The notes under the pieces: model-generated | What the model was told of the DNA's origin: nothing | What the model saw: the letters and a program-made list of their open reading frames with translations, nothing else | Databases searched by the model: none | Virus record (IMG/VR): IMGVR_UViG_3300028091_000011 | Coordinates: 1 to 54,054 of that record | Source: a virus | Lineage: Duplodnaviria > Caudoviricetes | Strand: one strand, 5' to 3' | Length of the DNA: 54,054 bases | Translations under genes and position numbers: made by a program | In this document: piece after piece, positions 37,901-46,971 of the stretch | Layout: each line of letters opens with the position of its first letter | Position numbering within the stretch: the stretch's first letter is position 1

Positions 37901-38165
37901 GAACGAAGGTCTTGTGCCGAAGGATATGTTCGGTAGCCTACCCGGGGTTCGGAAACTAGCCACGGGCGGTACGGCAGAGGCGACCATCCCACCAAAGATC
38001 GAAGTCACTACTCCGATGCAGCCGCCTCCCCAGATGCCGCAGCAGTCTGGTTCGCAAGCCCCAGTTCCCGCCTACATCGTTGCCAACGAGCAGGCGATGC
38101 AAAACCTACTCAACGGCGGCAGGAACGCCATGATCGACTTCATGCGTCGAAACAAGAACACATGA
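31974..38165 (+). CDS. Tail tape measure protein (2063 aa)
   Basis: Long Ala-rich helical protein with a TP901-like core and C-terminal D.VPAMLTPGEFVM. Confidence 0.93.
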   Translation: MAEGSDISIDIVLKEQVKPALDALSSGIAEFTKTLSILTAQAKSAGDLIGKVGTQAEQAGQKVAAATKPTEQLKTTLTAEAKAAKEAADATSRFGTAVDKDSPRIRSNAREIEALVSSYSRFRQGITNAATTLQNQVRGLRGAKEAFADLRSGVNDTVGALTSFKALAIAAVATLGVFKAKSFIEGIVGDAAKLDETLRKAAAAVGALNETTTERLREDLKRLSIEEGADIRALAEAAVGVIPDVGEKGIAEFLKVAQRFSEVAGGNVAQIADTLVFIIKGFGDEADNSSKSMAELASTISDKLFVAAREGNIAIGQLTGIVGLAAQQAEVLGISFDELLAAFTALGDVGVKPMRAFRVLSGVLAGVQEPSVKVVEAVERVNRAIPTLNLDFSRTGLAADGLAKFLGKLTIALKADEDLAKDLGINIREMGLIFKATANEGKALADQLENIQNSGGEVNRAADFILEGTEGKLRRISAVFAALKDDIAQVFIPAIDDFLENFKNGIEGFRNSFGGSLSAIRQAVSEVQQSNLTTDQKKVALATLGDLQREVNRAGLTVLVEALKVAFIAGGKILADLIFAAFAKGGLVLKNTILEALGKETAGTRAARLEATQSVIQRVIPRGGVIPEAVPNESQASDIAIAISQTLANAQALSRRQPIPADASTRTDTDNRILGFAKDISDAVKESVGRLPEEVRAALGASGAIDPLTNEVKNLRQIASEQPELFREIVAAVLRGQSELVRQNNDTDINRRIDFVRRTDRPALLAEQTRLREQRDQQANDGAGVGSRRNLVTDAAIQQAEFQVESSLFIDNIRSLNVALRGGFGAGGGGFGSAEFYNQTVGGLAGTGIPTRQLPATFREGNQSEQGVALDILQRFSAQGNRFPQLTAARSLIEQAGIGGLSRLDFEQQLREAQAERDAEEAVIREFIDSAISRAGETAQGFSRVVGELGKAQTADDLRKVLENLGADAGDFAPLVQAFIDIRSEGDDVVKSLEEMGKSLGFVATKGDDGLISLVRTTDEAGKAVADTQSNIQDAASAAIDGLTDTAEKVGTLQQRIAEQAGDSALTLAKRFAQAEVERRKAIGSVTEDRIAAEIQAAIKVADDLKSQIAAVQEQKTARVIGEKEAVEQTRQLRQRLTEQAQIIFKFVPDASAIFKSVEDIGKRIDELRARASAIKFQQSILPPIASPQQDALRVEASDVGAQLQEAAKDYANALVTLIRANDKATQEETVNVFRAAVDKSADGAEKLIVEVAKRAAKLYQESLRTLFKDEAGAKQSEAIVAELDRLVSAKTDATAKGLVTEVDQLNKDIAGKIATLLGTLQGDVPAELKTAYETIVARLRDIQTATGDKAKSIIEQSGQEISDLIKVLFATSDNLAKELAAAQENFRKSEEEFKRGRESRSQTVRVGEVVSQRLAVGPVIPAGNQSLIDQSAGGITAAFEASQQAGREIDFLIDKIKTLESQLDAVRSLQVGAEDEPKRQALIAQINGIISGTEVLLQTKLQNAGVPFVGDDDITRADALVKAQLELLRVEEQRVPVLELVRQATEAQVKAQEKLANSQKLAAAAGTNQYATLEAVYGVATFQIDKTRGSIEQQRQALQAYIAELESIRVRLQDALSLNPDLAGDLQPAIDEAKQKIDDAQVDLDALGRKWGGAFGEGFKQGLGAVETADEFLANLGRGAGQALQSNLGTAIDSVIDGTKSLGEAFKEFVASTLIDIGKLIIKMLILQAIQSALGGLGLFNDGGVVPEPVELNRGGMVPDLRQPRRWNGYNTGGSVSNDDPKQPSRGIMSRIRAAVARIKPTPSPEPQPVFVRAYAEGGFVGADPLTKAIHTIVNVLSPSQEEPRFYDTGGFVARNAEDTPRIDRVINTISRVFEPQDVQALNTGGRVEKSGVGKALRAIASVLQPQEPEVLALAGGGVAYLAVGGFPANAPRRKGRVPGPDVNRDVVPAMLTPGEFVMKRSAVSNYGLGVMYAMNEGLVPKDMFGSLPGVRKLATGGTAEATIPPKIEVTTPMQPPPQMPQQSGSQAPVPAYIVANEQAMQNLLNGGRNAMIDFMRRNKNT

Positions 38166-41100
38166 CCGTCACGCAATCGTCATTCGTGTCTCGCGCTGGC
38201 ACGCCAGCACCCTTGTCAGCGAACGGTGTGAATCCAGCAGTTCCGCTTGTGGAGCGATGCTGGGAGCCGCAGGCGTTGTTCATCCACGACTGGAGTCAGC
38301 CAGTCACGCTTCGCAGCAAGTGGAATACCGTGGTCAGCAAGAGCCGTACTGGAGAAATCCAGAGGATCGGCTTGAGCGACAAGCCGACCCTGACTCTTGA
38401 TTCCGAAAGCCGTTGCTTCAATCAGAATCATTGGAGCAACCTAAACGAGATGCTGTCGAAGCAGGAGGTTTGCCGATACCTGTCGCCGCTGCATTGCGAT
38501 CCGATTCATGGCGTGACCCTGTTCGACCCGCAGTATCACCGCTTCGCCGTCACGAGCGACTTGAATACGCGAAGGTTGTTTCAGGGTCAGAACGCCATGA
38601 TCGCAACCGTCCCATCGACGGCTATGACATCGGAGTTCACTTGCTCTGAAGTTACTGATGTCAATAGGACTACGAAGCGAATCACATTGGAGACTCCGCT
38701 TCGCAGGGCGCAGTATGAAGAGCCGAAGATCGACAAGTCGATCTACGCAGTTACAAGCACAAGTGCCATTCCGTCTGGTGGTTATGGATACGCAAGTGGC
38801 TCGACGGTAACGATGTGGTGTCGTAAGTCGTGGACGGCTGGCAATCCGACGACTGTTGGATCGCGTGCTTCAGATGGTGGGCAGACGACATCCGTTGCTG
38901 GCGTTGAACTTGTCGTCAACAGCAAGGCGCAGGCTGTTCTCATCAAGCCAAACGATCAGATCATCCATATCGGCTACACGATGGCTCGTAACAGCCAGTC
39001 AATGACCCTAACGCCAACGGTCATCAAGGCAGTCAAGGGTGCTGGCGGCGCAACCACACAGGTATCTCCAACTTGGACGCTGGTCGCGCTCAATGGCGGA
39101 GTCACCGATTGGGTTGAGAGCGGTACTGTCGGTGGAAGCACGGCTAATCAACCGACCAACTTCAGTCATCAGCGCGTTGGAGCGGCTACCCCAACGACAG
39201 CGCAAGTGAGAACTTGCCGCGTTCAGGTTCGCACTACGACCGTCACGCAGGCAATGATCGACACCCTTCGTGCAGCCGATACTGGCATCACAGGGAATGG
39301 CGCGGCTCAAGTCTATGTTGAGGCTACCGTTGCTGGATCGGCTGGCACAAGCACTACGACCGACAACGCGCTTGCCCATGTCGTGCTTGTGGTCAGAGAC
39401 GGATTTCTGAAGCCAACTGGTGCTACGGCATCGCTAATCGCCGCCGTTGATGCGGAGATGATGACACACCTGTCTGCGTCAGCACCAGATACCAACCAGA
39501 ACGACTATCCATCTGGGGCTTCAGCCTATCCGTTGTATACGCAGTCGATTTCTCTTACTTCTGCGGCTCCAAAGTCAAAGACGCTTGCGATCCAGTTCTT
39601 GAGTTATGGGCGTTCATCACAGCAAGGCGACCCAGCGATTGCCGTTTCGTCGCCACTTGCTGCAACTCTGCTGTACCCAACATCACAGTCGTATCCCGAT
39701 GGATCGTCAACTCCATCGAACACCAACCTTTCTCGTGCGTTTGTGTCGTCGTCGGCTACCGATGTCACGACAATGATTCACGAGATCGTTGACGCATCAG
39801 CCGTTGAAGCCGAGCCGATCACGGGAAACCTGAAGAACTACGGGTTCAGCGGTACTTTTGGATACACGAGTGGTGTGCCGACCACGCCGAATGTCACGCC
39901 GTTCCTGTTCAACCTTGGTCTGGTGCTGAATCCTTCGATTCAGAAGCCGCTTCGCTGCTATCCGCTGATGGAGAGCGATCCATCGCCGTCGAATCCGCAG
40001 TACGGAACGCCAGACACAAGCACGATTGGAAAGGTGTCCGTCAGCGCATCGCAGTCGAGCGGGATGGTCGCCTTGGATTCGCCTGACACGATGATCCAAA
40101 CTGGATGGGATTACGCCGCATATCCGCCGTTCCAGTCGAATCCAAAGCGAGTCAACTCTGGTTCGGTGTGCAACACGAGCAGCGACTATGCGACCACGGC
40201 AATCGTCGCGCCTCTTCTGACGGGCAAGTTTGACTACGCGACAGGAATCACAATCGGCGCATCGTCATCGGTTGACATGGAGACAGTTGGCATCGGTCGA
40301 TCAGTCGAGGGGTATCAGGAAGAGCCGCGCAAGGAGTTCTCCGTGCAGGCGACATTCCTCAAGCGAACGGACGCTTTCAAGTTTCTTCAACTATGGAACA
40401 ACCGCCGTGGTCGTTTGGCTCCCGTTTGGTTCCCAAATCCATCCGACAGCCTCAACGCGCTGTATTCAGCCTTCGACAACGAAATCTACTTTGCCGCAAA
40501 TGACTCCAATGTCCTTCCGTCCATTACGCACGGAGCGAAGTTTATCTACATCAGGACGACAGGTGGCACTTCATACATCTTGTCGGTGAGTGGATGGACA
40601 AGCGGGCAAGGGTTCATCGTGGCAACCATTGACACCACATTGCGTTCTGATGGAACGCAGTTGTGCAACCTTGATCCAGCGGTTGCTAGCGCGATCCAGA
40701 CAAAGACTGTTGCGCGAATCACGACCGCGCATCTTTGCTACTTCGACAACGACGAGTTGACCGAGCAATGGCGCACGGACGAGGTGATGTCCGTGCAGTT
40801 CAAACTGACGGAACACAGCGGCGTATTCAAGCCAGAGATGGAGGCTGGAGTTGCGACTCCAACCACGGGATGCGGATACTGCTGCGGTTCAGTCGATCCG
40901 TGTCCATGTACTGGCGGTAGCGCGTTCGGCTGTCCTACGACGATCAACTCGCCAAATGCGTGCTGCATTTGCCGAACATCTGGTTTGAAGTTGCGCGTCA
41001 CGGTGTTTTGCTACGACCCCTGCTACAACATTGAAGAACCAGATAACGATCCTCTTGATTGCCCGGGTTGTTCGTGTACGAAATGCACGCTTGCTGGTAG

Positions 41101-41644
41101 TTACTGCCTCCCGACTGGGGCAAAAGAGTTTGAGTTAGAGGTCTCGGCTCCCGATACAACTTGTTCCGTCCTTGGCTTTAGGTCTCCAGCACCAGCCGCG
41201 TGTGCAGCGGGTGGAGATCAAGCGTTCACCGCTTTCTTGGACACAAGGACTGGTCAATGGACGGTCTCGCAGAACTCTTGGATAATCAATCCATGTTGTG
41301 CTGGAGGAGCCTGCCAATGTCCGCCACAGGGATGTCCTTGCGCCACGGCTAACTGCAACAATGCTTGCGGGACTCCAAAGTCCGTGTCTGAATGCGCGAA
41401 GTTTGAGTTCTACGAGAATATTTGCGATTTGACTTGCGTAATAAACCCAAACTGCGCCTCTCTGAAATGCGGTCAACTGGTTGGCGGAACGAGAAGACCA
41501 CTTACAGACTGTTGTGGGAAAGAAGACCCCAATCGACCCGGGAACGCCGTTGGTCGCCTGAAGGTGCTTGGAGAACTCATCAACGAGTGGGGGTCAATCG
41601 GATCGACTACTGGATGCACGCTTGCTTGCGCCACTTGCACCTAG
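38162..41644 (+). CDS. Distal tail/virion structural protein with large insertion and Cys-rich C-terminal domain
   Basis: Follows the TMP and has W.T.V..SRTGE.QR and RRGRL.PVW.P motifs. The last ~257 aa hold ~36 Cys. Confidence 0.65.
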   Translation: MTVTQSSFVSRAGTPAPLSANGVNPAVPLVERCWEPQALFIHDWSQPVTLRSKWNTVVSKSRTGEIQRIGLSDKPTLTLDSESRCFNQNHWSNLNEMLSKQEVCRYLSPLHCDPIHGVTLFDPQYHRFAVTSDLNTRRLFQGQNAMIATVPSTAMTSEFTCSEVTDVNRTTKRITLETPLRRAQYEEPKIDKSIYAVTSTSAIPSGGYGYASGSTVTMWCRKSWTAGNPTTVGSRASDGGQTTSVAGVELVVNSKAQAVLIKPNDQIIHIGYTMARNSQSMTLTPTVIKAVKGAGGATTQVSPTWTLVALNGGVTDWVESGTVGGSTANQPTNFSHQRVGAATPTTAQVRTCRVQVRTTTVTQAMIDTLRAADTGITGNGAAQVYVEATVAGSAGTSTTTDNALAHVVLVVRDGFLKPTGATASLIAAVDAEMMTHLSASAPDTNQNDYPSGASAYPLYTQSISLTSAAPKSKTLAIQFLSYGRSSQQGDPAIAVSSPLAATLLYPTSQSYPDGSSTPSNTNLSRAFVSSSATDVTTMIHEIVDASAVEAEPITGNLKNYGFSGTFGYTSGVPTTPNVTPFLFNLGLVLNPSIQKPLRCYPLMESDPSPSNPQYGTPDTSTIGKVSVSASQSSGMVALDSPDTMIQTGWDYAAYPPFQSNPKRVNSGSVCNTSSDYATTAIVAPLLTGKFDYATGITIGASSSVDMETVGIGRSVEGYQEEPRKEFSVQATFLKRTDAFKFLQLWNNRRGRLAPVWFPNPSDSLNALYSAFDNEIYFAANDSNVLPSITHGAKFIYIRTTGGTSYILSVSGWTSGQGFIVATIDTTLRSDGTQLCNLDPAVASAIQTKTVARITTAHLCYFDNDELTEQWRTDEVMSVQFKLTEHSGVFKPEMEAGVATPTTGCGYCCGSVDPCPCTGGSAFGCPTTINSPNACCICRTSGLKLRVTVFCYDPCYNIEEPDNDPLDCPGCSCTKCTLAGSYCLPTGAKEFELEVSAPDTTCSVLGFRSPAPAACAAGGDQAFTAFLDTRTGQWTVSQNSWIINPCCAGGACQCPPQGCPCATANCNNACGTPKSVSECAKFEFYENICDLTCVINPNCASLKCGQLVGGTRRPLTDCCGKEDPNRPGNAVGRLKVLGELINEWGSIGSTTGCTLACATCT

Positions 41645-41677
41645 TTGTGATACACTAGGTTCGCTTGGTAATCTGCC

Positions 41678-42115
41678 ATGAACACGGCACAGACACGCAT
41701 TCACAACAACGCCTGCTTCGTGACCGTCACCATTGACGGTCATTCGTTGCACGCCAAGTTCGTGCCGAGTAAGCAGGCGATCATTCGGCTTGAGGCGGAC
41801 GATATGCCCGCAAGCATGATGAAGCAGGAAGGCGATCCTTCTCCAGCAGCGGTTGAAGTTGCGGACAAGGCGGTCGCCGTCGAACAGCATCAGGAACAGC
41901 CTAACCTTGGCGTTGCTGCGACCATCGCTGGTGCAGCGAAGTTGGCGGCTACGCATCTTGGGATCGGGATGGCATCCAAGGATGATGTCTCGCGGCGCAC
42001 ATCAGTCTGTCTTGGATGTCCGAAGAACGATCTTGGTCGATGCAATGCCTGTGGCTGCTATCTCTGGGCGAAGGTTCGTCAGGCGAAGGAAACCTGTCCA
42101 ATAGGGAAGTGGTGA
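41678..42115 (+). CDS. Protein with C-terminal DUF6171-like Cys cluster
   Basis: R...C..CP.....C..CGC...AK......CP.GKW. Confidence 0.7.
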   Translation: MNTAQTRIHNNACFVTVTIDGHSLHAKFVPSKQAIIRLEADDMPASMMKQEGDPSPAAVEVADKAVAVEQHQEQPNLGVAATIAGAAKLAATHLGIGMASKDDVSRRTSVCLGCPKNDLGRCNACGCYLWAKVRQAKETCPIGKW

Positions 42116-42118
42116 CGC

Positions 42119-43135
42119 ATGGCTGGCGGACTGACCGAGACAGTCAGCAACCTCTACCTTATGGTGGAGTTTGAGTGGGGATTGCTGTGCGACTACGGCG
42201 CAGGCAGCGCACCAAACGATCCATGCGTTGAGACTGCGGCGTATCGGGTTGGGTTCATTCGCGCCAATACGGATGCGACTCTGGACATCGGCGGGGAGAG
42301 CAAGACCTATAAGGCAGTTCCAGAGATGGACTTTGAGATGGTCGATGCGCTCAAGGGCGGTACTGCCGACGAGCCGTTCAGAGTCATCTTGCCGCTGCAC
42401 ATCTATCCAGCCAATGTGATGGTTGGCAACCCTTTCCCAACGACACGAGTGTCGGTTTGGCAATGCCGAATGGGAGATGCTGGAGTACCCGGGACTTGGG
42501 GAGGCGCAAACTACAGCAGGCGGCTTCTCGCGCAAGGGCAAGTTGGTCGCACTACCGCGCGGTACAACCGACGACCAGACATCGTTGCCGTCGAGTGTTA
42601 TCGCAACAAGGCGCAGATGCAGTCTGTAACCCTTGGCATCACATCGTCGCAGCGTTGCTATTGGAGGTTTGGAGACAACAACTGCCAGTTCCCTATTCAG
42701 CAGGCGACCGTAAGCACCGTCTCTTGCACGAGCATTCAGAATCAGAAACTCTATGTCACCATCCCGCAGAATGCTGTCGTCGGCAGCGCACTTCAGGTCA
42801 TCAGCGGGTATCAGGCATTTCAGTACGGCTATGCCGAGGCAGAGGGTCTCAAAATCTTCATCCGCGAACATAGGGTAAAGAGCGGCGCGAACTACATCGT
42901 CGCGACATCTGGAGTTGCAGTCGGGCAGCAACTTGAACTGCTCCTGACATTCCAGCCACCATCTCATCCGAACTACACATGGCTCACCAAGCCGATCACC
43001 TTGGTCGGCGGATGCACGAAAAACAAGTCTGCTTGCATCGGCAAGTGGAACAACGCTGAACACTTTGGGGGATTTGGAATCCTTGTTCCGACATACAACC
43101 CAGTCTGGGAGGTTGGCGGAGGTATGCCAGCATGA
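42119..43135 (+). CDS. Baseplate hub/tail tip protein, DUF2163/BR0599-like (putative 4Fe-4S)
   Basis: CYWRFGDNNC and GC.K...AC..KWNN..HFGGF...P..NP. Confidence 0.85.
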   Translation: MAGGLTETVSNLYLMVEFEWGLLCDYGAGSAPNDPCVETAAYRVGFIRANTDATLDIGGESKTYKAVPEMDFEMVDALKGGTADEPFRVILPLHIYPANVMVGNPFPTTRVSVWQCRMGDAGVPGTWGGANYSRRLLAQGQVGRTTARYNRRPDIVAVECYRNKAQMQSVTLGITSSQRCYWRFGDNNCQFPIQQATVSTVSCTSIQNQKLYVTIPQNAVVGSALQVISGYQAFQYGYAEAEGLKIFIREHRVKSGANYIVATSGVAVGQQLELLLTFQPPSHPNYTWLTKPITLVGGCTKNKSACIGKWNNAEHFGGFGILVPTYNPVWEVGGGMPA

Positions 43136-43623
43136 GAACGCTTGCCGAGTTCAATGACGAACTTCAGGGGTGGTATGCGACTCCGTATCGGCATGGGATC
43201 AGCATCAAGGGTTCTCATGGCGGGGTGGACTGCGTTCGCTTCGTCGTGTCTATGCTTGAGTGGCTGCATGGACGAAAGGCTGATGCTGGGTGCATTCCAT
43301 TCGACTTTCCTGCTTCGGCTGCGTATGTCGCGAAGTTCCCAGCCGTAGATGTGTTCAACTGGATGACCGACAGGTATCCATGCCATGTCGTTTATCGCAA
43401 GGGCAGGGATTCGGAGATGCCTGAACTAGCCCCAGCGGATGTCGTTGTGCTTGAACACACGGACGAAGAGCCGTGCCACATGATGATCGCTGGAGACGGG
43501 GTGATCTGGCACTCCAACAACTGGCTGCACGGCGGTCGAGTTAGTTGGACTGGGCTTACGGAGAAGATGCGCGAAAGCGTCTGGTGCATCTGGCGCGTAG
43601 ACGCGGCAAGGAGCCTTCGTTGA
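43132..43623 (+). CDS. NlpC/P60 tail-associated peptidase
   Basis: W..TPYRH, GVDC and H...I....IWHS catalytic pattern. Confidence 0.85.
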   Translation: MRTLAEFNDELQGWYATPYRHGISIKGSHGGVDCVRFVVSMLEWLHGRKADAGCIPFDFPASAAYVAKFPAVDVFNWMTDRYPCHVVYRKGRDSEMPELAPADVVVLEHTDEEPCHMMIAGDGVIWHSNNWLHGGRVSWTGLTEKMRESVWCIWRVDAARSLR

Positions 43624-46600
43624 CTGGCTACACGCCCATCCTCGCGACCTTCTTCGGCATCGAATACCTGATTGCCTATGCGATTGTCGCCGCAATCTCC
43701 ATTGGTGCTGGACTGCTGCTTCGTCGCAAGAGCAGTCAGGCTTCGATGGATGTGCAGGCTGAACAGCCGACGAATCAAACAGCCCGTGGTGGCTTCATCC
43801 CCATTGTCATGGGACGAAGGCGAGTTGGATCATGCTTCCTTTGGACTGGTGATCGCATTGAGATTGAGGAGGTTGTCGGTCAAGCACCGTCAGGAGGAAA
43901 GGATTTTGGCGGCGGCGGGTCACAGGACATCAAGCAAGTCGCCTACTTGGAGCGTGGATGGATTGGTCTTTGTTGCGAACGCGCCCTGATCGTCCACGGC
44001 ATCTACAAGGATGGTCGCCTTGTCGAGAACAGCCGTTTCGCCAAGCCATTCATGCCATCTGGTTCGCGCATTGACTTCGCGAAGGATGGCTCTGGGTTCA
44101 TCTTCTGGGGAGAAGACCACCCACCAATCACTCACGAGGCGTTGGTTCTGCTGAACGACCTTGCTGGAGTGCAGTCAAAGTGGGAAGGCATGGTCTGGAT
44201 GTATTGGGACAGGCTCCGTCTTGGTCAGGTCGCCAGATGGGGCAACATGGAATACGACATTGAGACTTGCCCTCCGTCTGGTCTTGGGGGCTTTACGGCT
44301 CCATCAACAATCGGAGCAGACGAGGACAAGGGTTGGAATCCCTCTCTGTGCATCTTGATTCTCCTGATGCAAGAGTCACCCCTTGGATGTGCGATTCCCA
44401 ACTGCCGCATTGACTTCGCAAGTTTCAACACGGTTGGAAATGCGATGAATAGCGAGGGGCTGTCTGCAAACATCTTGGTTCAAGATGGTCAGACCGCCGA
44501 GAATGTCATTGGCGGAATCCTTGAGGACATCGGAGCGATGCTCTACGAGGTTGATGGCAAGATCGGCATTCGCCTTGTCCGTCAGGTCGCCACTCCGCTT
44601 GCAATCACCGACGATGTGATGCTCCCGCCCTACGAGGAGATCGACAGGTTTCATCGAATCACGCAAACGGATCAGATTGTCTTTACCTACGCCAATGTCA
44701 CGCGAGACTTTGCGCCCGACATCGTGAACATCGAAGACGATGGATTGTCGGAACAGGGGACACGGCGAAGGCAGCGTCGAGTTCCACTTACGATTGCAAC
44801 GAGCGAGAAGGTTGCTTGGAAGATCGCAAACAGGCGATTGCAGGAGAGTTTTGCTCCGTTTGCGAAGTACGGAATCAAGTTCATCCGTGACTTCAAGATG
44901 CTGCTACCCGGGGAGACGGTTCGCCATCCCACGCTTGGCGATCTACGGCTGATTGAGACGCGCTTCGACGCGAACAGCCCGACCACGGACTGCCTTTTCG
45001 TTCAAGATGTCTACGGCAATGCCCCTGACTACACCGACCCAGACGATGGCGGTGGTGGCGGCGGAACGGCGGAGGCTCCACTTCCTGACTTGATGTTCAA
45101 GATGTACGAGGTTCCAAGAACGATGTTGCAGCGCGGCAACTACACAGGGATACAGCCCGTGTTTTCAATGCTGCGCGTCCGCAAGCGCAACTCTGTTGCT
45201 CGTGCTGGCTTGTATCGCGGAACATCTCCGCTTGAGTATGTCCTCGTAACAAGCACGGGACGAAGGCAGTTCGGTGGCTTTCTGGTTGGTGGGATTCAGG
45301 ACGACTTTCGATACGAAGACGCTTCGATCATCATTGAAATCTTCGGAAACGGCTTTGAAGCACCGCTAACCGATACGGACAAGAAGAAGCACGCGATTGA
45401 CATGGCTTCTTGGGTTCCAGTCACAACTCAAGCAAACTACTTCAATGGCGGAATCACCGTTGTCATAGGAACTCTTGGACAAGAAGAGATTTGCTACGCC
45501 AAGCAGATTGAGCCATATGCGACTGCAAGCATTGATGGGAAGAACAGTCTTGTCGTCCAATACAGGATTCGCGGCTTGGTCAGAGGCAGGCATCAGACCG
45601 AAATCGGAACACATTACGCTGGCGCAAGGGTGTTTGTGTTTCAATCGGCATCTGCAAATCAGAGACCGCTCACGGTTATTGGAACGACCGCCACAGGATT
45701 GACCGCTTATCACAAGTCTCGTGCGGTAAACGCTAATGGAACGGCGATCACCCTAAACGCATCTCCGAACTCCAACATTACGGTGGCAGGCAAGTGGGAT
45801 AAGGCAATCCCGCTGCAATACTTGCGGTTTGGCGAGAAGATGCCAGCCATCGACCTTTCACTTCTGCCAAGCGGAAATGCTTGGCGTTCCGAACTTCCGA
45901 ACTTCAAGGCTAACAGGACGATTGACACTTACGCGATAACCAACTCGTTTGGTACAGCCGTGGTACTCGCGGCAATCGCCATTGAGATCAGCATTCCGTC
46001 AAACACTTACCTGAAGGGGGCTGGTGGTCGAGCCTACGCATCATCGGCTGGCGGCAGCGGATCGGTTGCGGAAAGTGGATTGGAGAAGACACGAGATAGG
46101 TTTGTTCTTGAAGTGTGCTTTGTCCCTTGGGATGGATCGGCTAGGCGTTCAGCACCAGTCGTCATTCGATCCCAAACGGTCGCTGACTACACAACCACCG
46201 ATCCAGACGGTTCGTTCAGGAACCACGCCAGATACTACGGAAGCGTCACCATCGACTACTCCGCCTTGATGCACGAGGAGGATCGAACTGCGACACTCGC
46301 TTGGCTAAATGCAAACGCTGGATGGTCTATCAATCGTAAAGTGAGTAGTGCAGACTTCAGCAACTCTTTCTTCAGCGAAGACATTCCAGTCGTCGGTGAT
46401 GTCGGAAACGAGACGGGCAATCCTCCGATCTTCTACATCAGGATTGCTCACTATCTGATCGACAACGCTCCGAACGGAACGCCTGCGTCCGTAAGGTATT
46501 ACTACTCTTACGACAGTCGAATCAGGCATGATTGGCGAACCCCGAAGTACGATGCAAGGGATGAGTTTGGGGGGTTTTCTTGGCATCGCGCTGACTACCA

Positions 46601-46631
46601 GTTCCTTGGATTTGACGGAGGTCAGTATTGA
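43620..46631 (+). CDS. Tail tip/central fibre protein (GTA megatron or lambda J-like)
   Basis: TTG start after AAGGAG, a hydrophobic N-terminus, and IPIV.GRRRV, WNP, IDFASF and LLPGE.V motifs. Confidence 0.8.
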   Translation: MTGYTPILATFFGIEYLIAYAIVAAISIGAGLLLRRKSSQASMDVQAEQPTNQTARGGFIPIVMGRRRVGSCFLWTGDRIEIEEVVGQAPSGGKDFGGGGSQDIKQVAYLERGWIGLCCERALIVHGIYKDGRLVENSRFAKPFMPSGSRIDFAKDGSGFIFWGEDHPPITHEALVLLNDLAGVQSKWEGMVWMYWDRLRLGQVARWGNMEYDIETCPPSGLGGFTAPSTIGADEDKGWNPSLCILILLMQESPLGCAIPNCRIDFASFNTVGNAMNSEGLSANILVQDGQTAENVIGGILEDIGAMLYEVDGKIGIRLVRQVATPLAITDDVMLPPYEEIDRFHRITQTDQIVFTYANVTRDFAPDIVNIEDDGLSEQGTRRRQRRVPLTIATSEKVAWKIANRRLQESFAPFAKYGIKFIRDFKMLLPGETVRHPTLGDLRLIETRFDANSPTTDCLFVQDVYGNAPDYTDPDDGGGGGGTAEAPLPDLMFKMYEVPRTMLQRGNYTGIQPVFSMLRVRKRNSVARAGLYRGTSPLEYVLVTSTGRRQFGGFLVGGIQDDFRYEDASIIIEIFGNGFEAPLTDTDKKKHAIDMASWVPVTTQANYFNGGITVVIGTLGQEEICYAKQIEPYATASIDGKNSLVVQYRIRGLVRGRHQTEIGTHYAGARVFVFQSASANQRPLTVIGTTATGLTAYHKSRAVNANGTAITLNASPNSNITVAGKWDKAIPLQYLRFGEKMPAIDLSLLPSGNAWRSELPNFKANRTIDTYAITNSFGTAVVLAAIAIEISIPSNTYLKGAGGRAYASSAGGSGSVAESGLEKTRDRFVLEVCFVPWDGSARRSAPVVIRSQTVADYTTTDPDGSFRNHARYYGSVTIDYSALMHEEDRTATLAWLNANAGWSINRKVSSADFSNSFFSEDIPVVGDVGNETGNPPIFYIRIAHYLIDNAPNGTPASVRYYYSYDSRIRHDWRTPKYDARDEFGGFSWHRADYQFLGFDGGQY

Positions 46632-46963
46632 CCAGCATCGCCATCAACCGCATTCGCAGGCGAATCTCTGGCGCGGGAGGTGCGCCAGCCGACATCGCTC
46701 ACGGCGAACTCGCGTTCAACGAGGTCGATGGTGTCCTTTACTACGGATCGGGCGCAAAGAAGAGCAGCGACAAGGCGACTCTCGCCCTCAAGGTCGGTGG
46801 CGTGGGGACTTTCGTCGCGCTTGAAGGTAATCAGACCATCAATGGGAACAAGACCTTTCAAGGTATAGTTACAGTCGCAACTCCACCGCTTGACGATGAC
46901 AGTTTGCGCGTTGCAAACACCAGTTGGGTGCAGGCGAAGTCGATTGACGGCGGAAACTTCTAG
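46628..46963 (+). CDS. Short fibre-anchor-domain protein
   Basis: GELAFNEVD..LYYG and QTI.GNKTF motifs, ending IDGGNF. Confidence 0.7.
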   Translation: MTSIAINRIRRRISGAGGAPADIAHGELAFNEVDGVLYYGSGAKKSSDKATLALKVGGVGTFVALEGNQTINGNKTFQGIVTVATPPLDDDSLRVANTSWVQAKSIDGGNF

Positions 46964-46971
46964 GACACATC

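Noticed and set aside
43132-43623. NlpC/P60 gene as the missing endolysin
   Set aside because: Its position between the hub and the tip protein matches the tail-associated NlpC/P60 of GTA/lambda-like tips, not a lysis enzyme.
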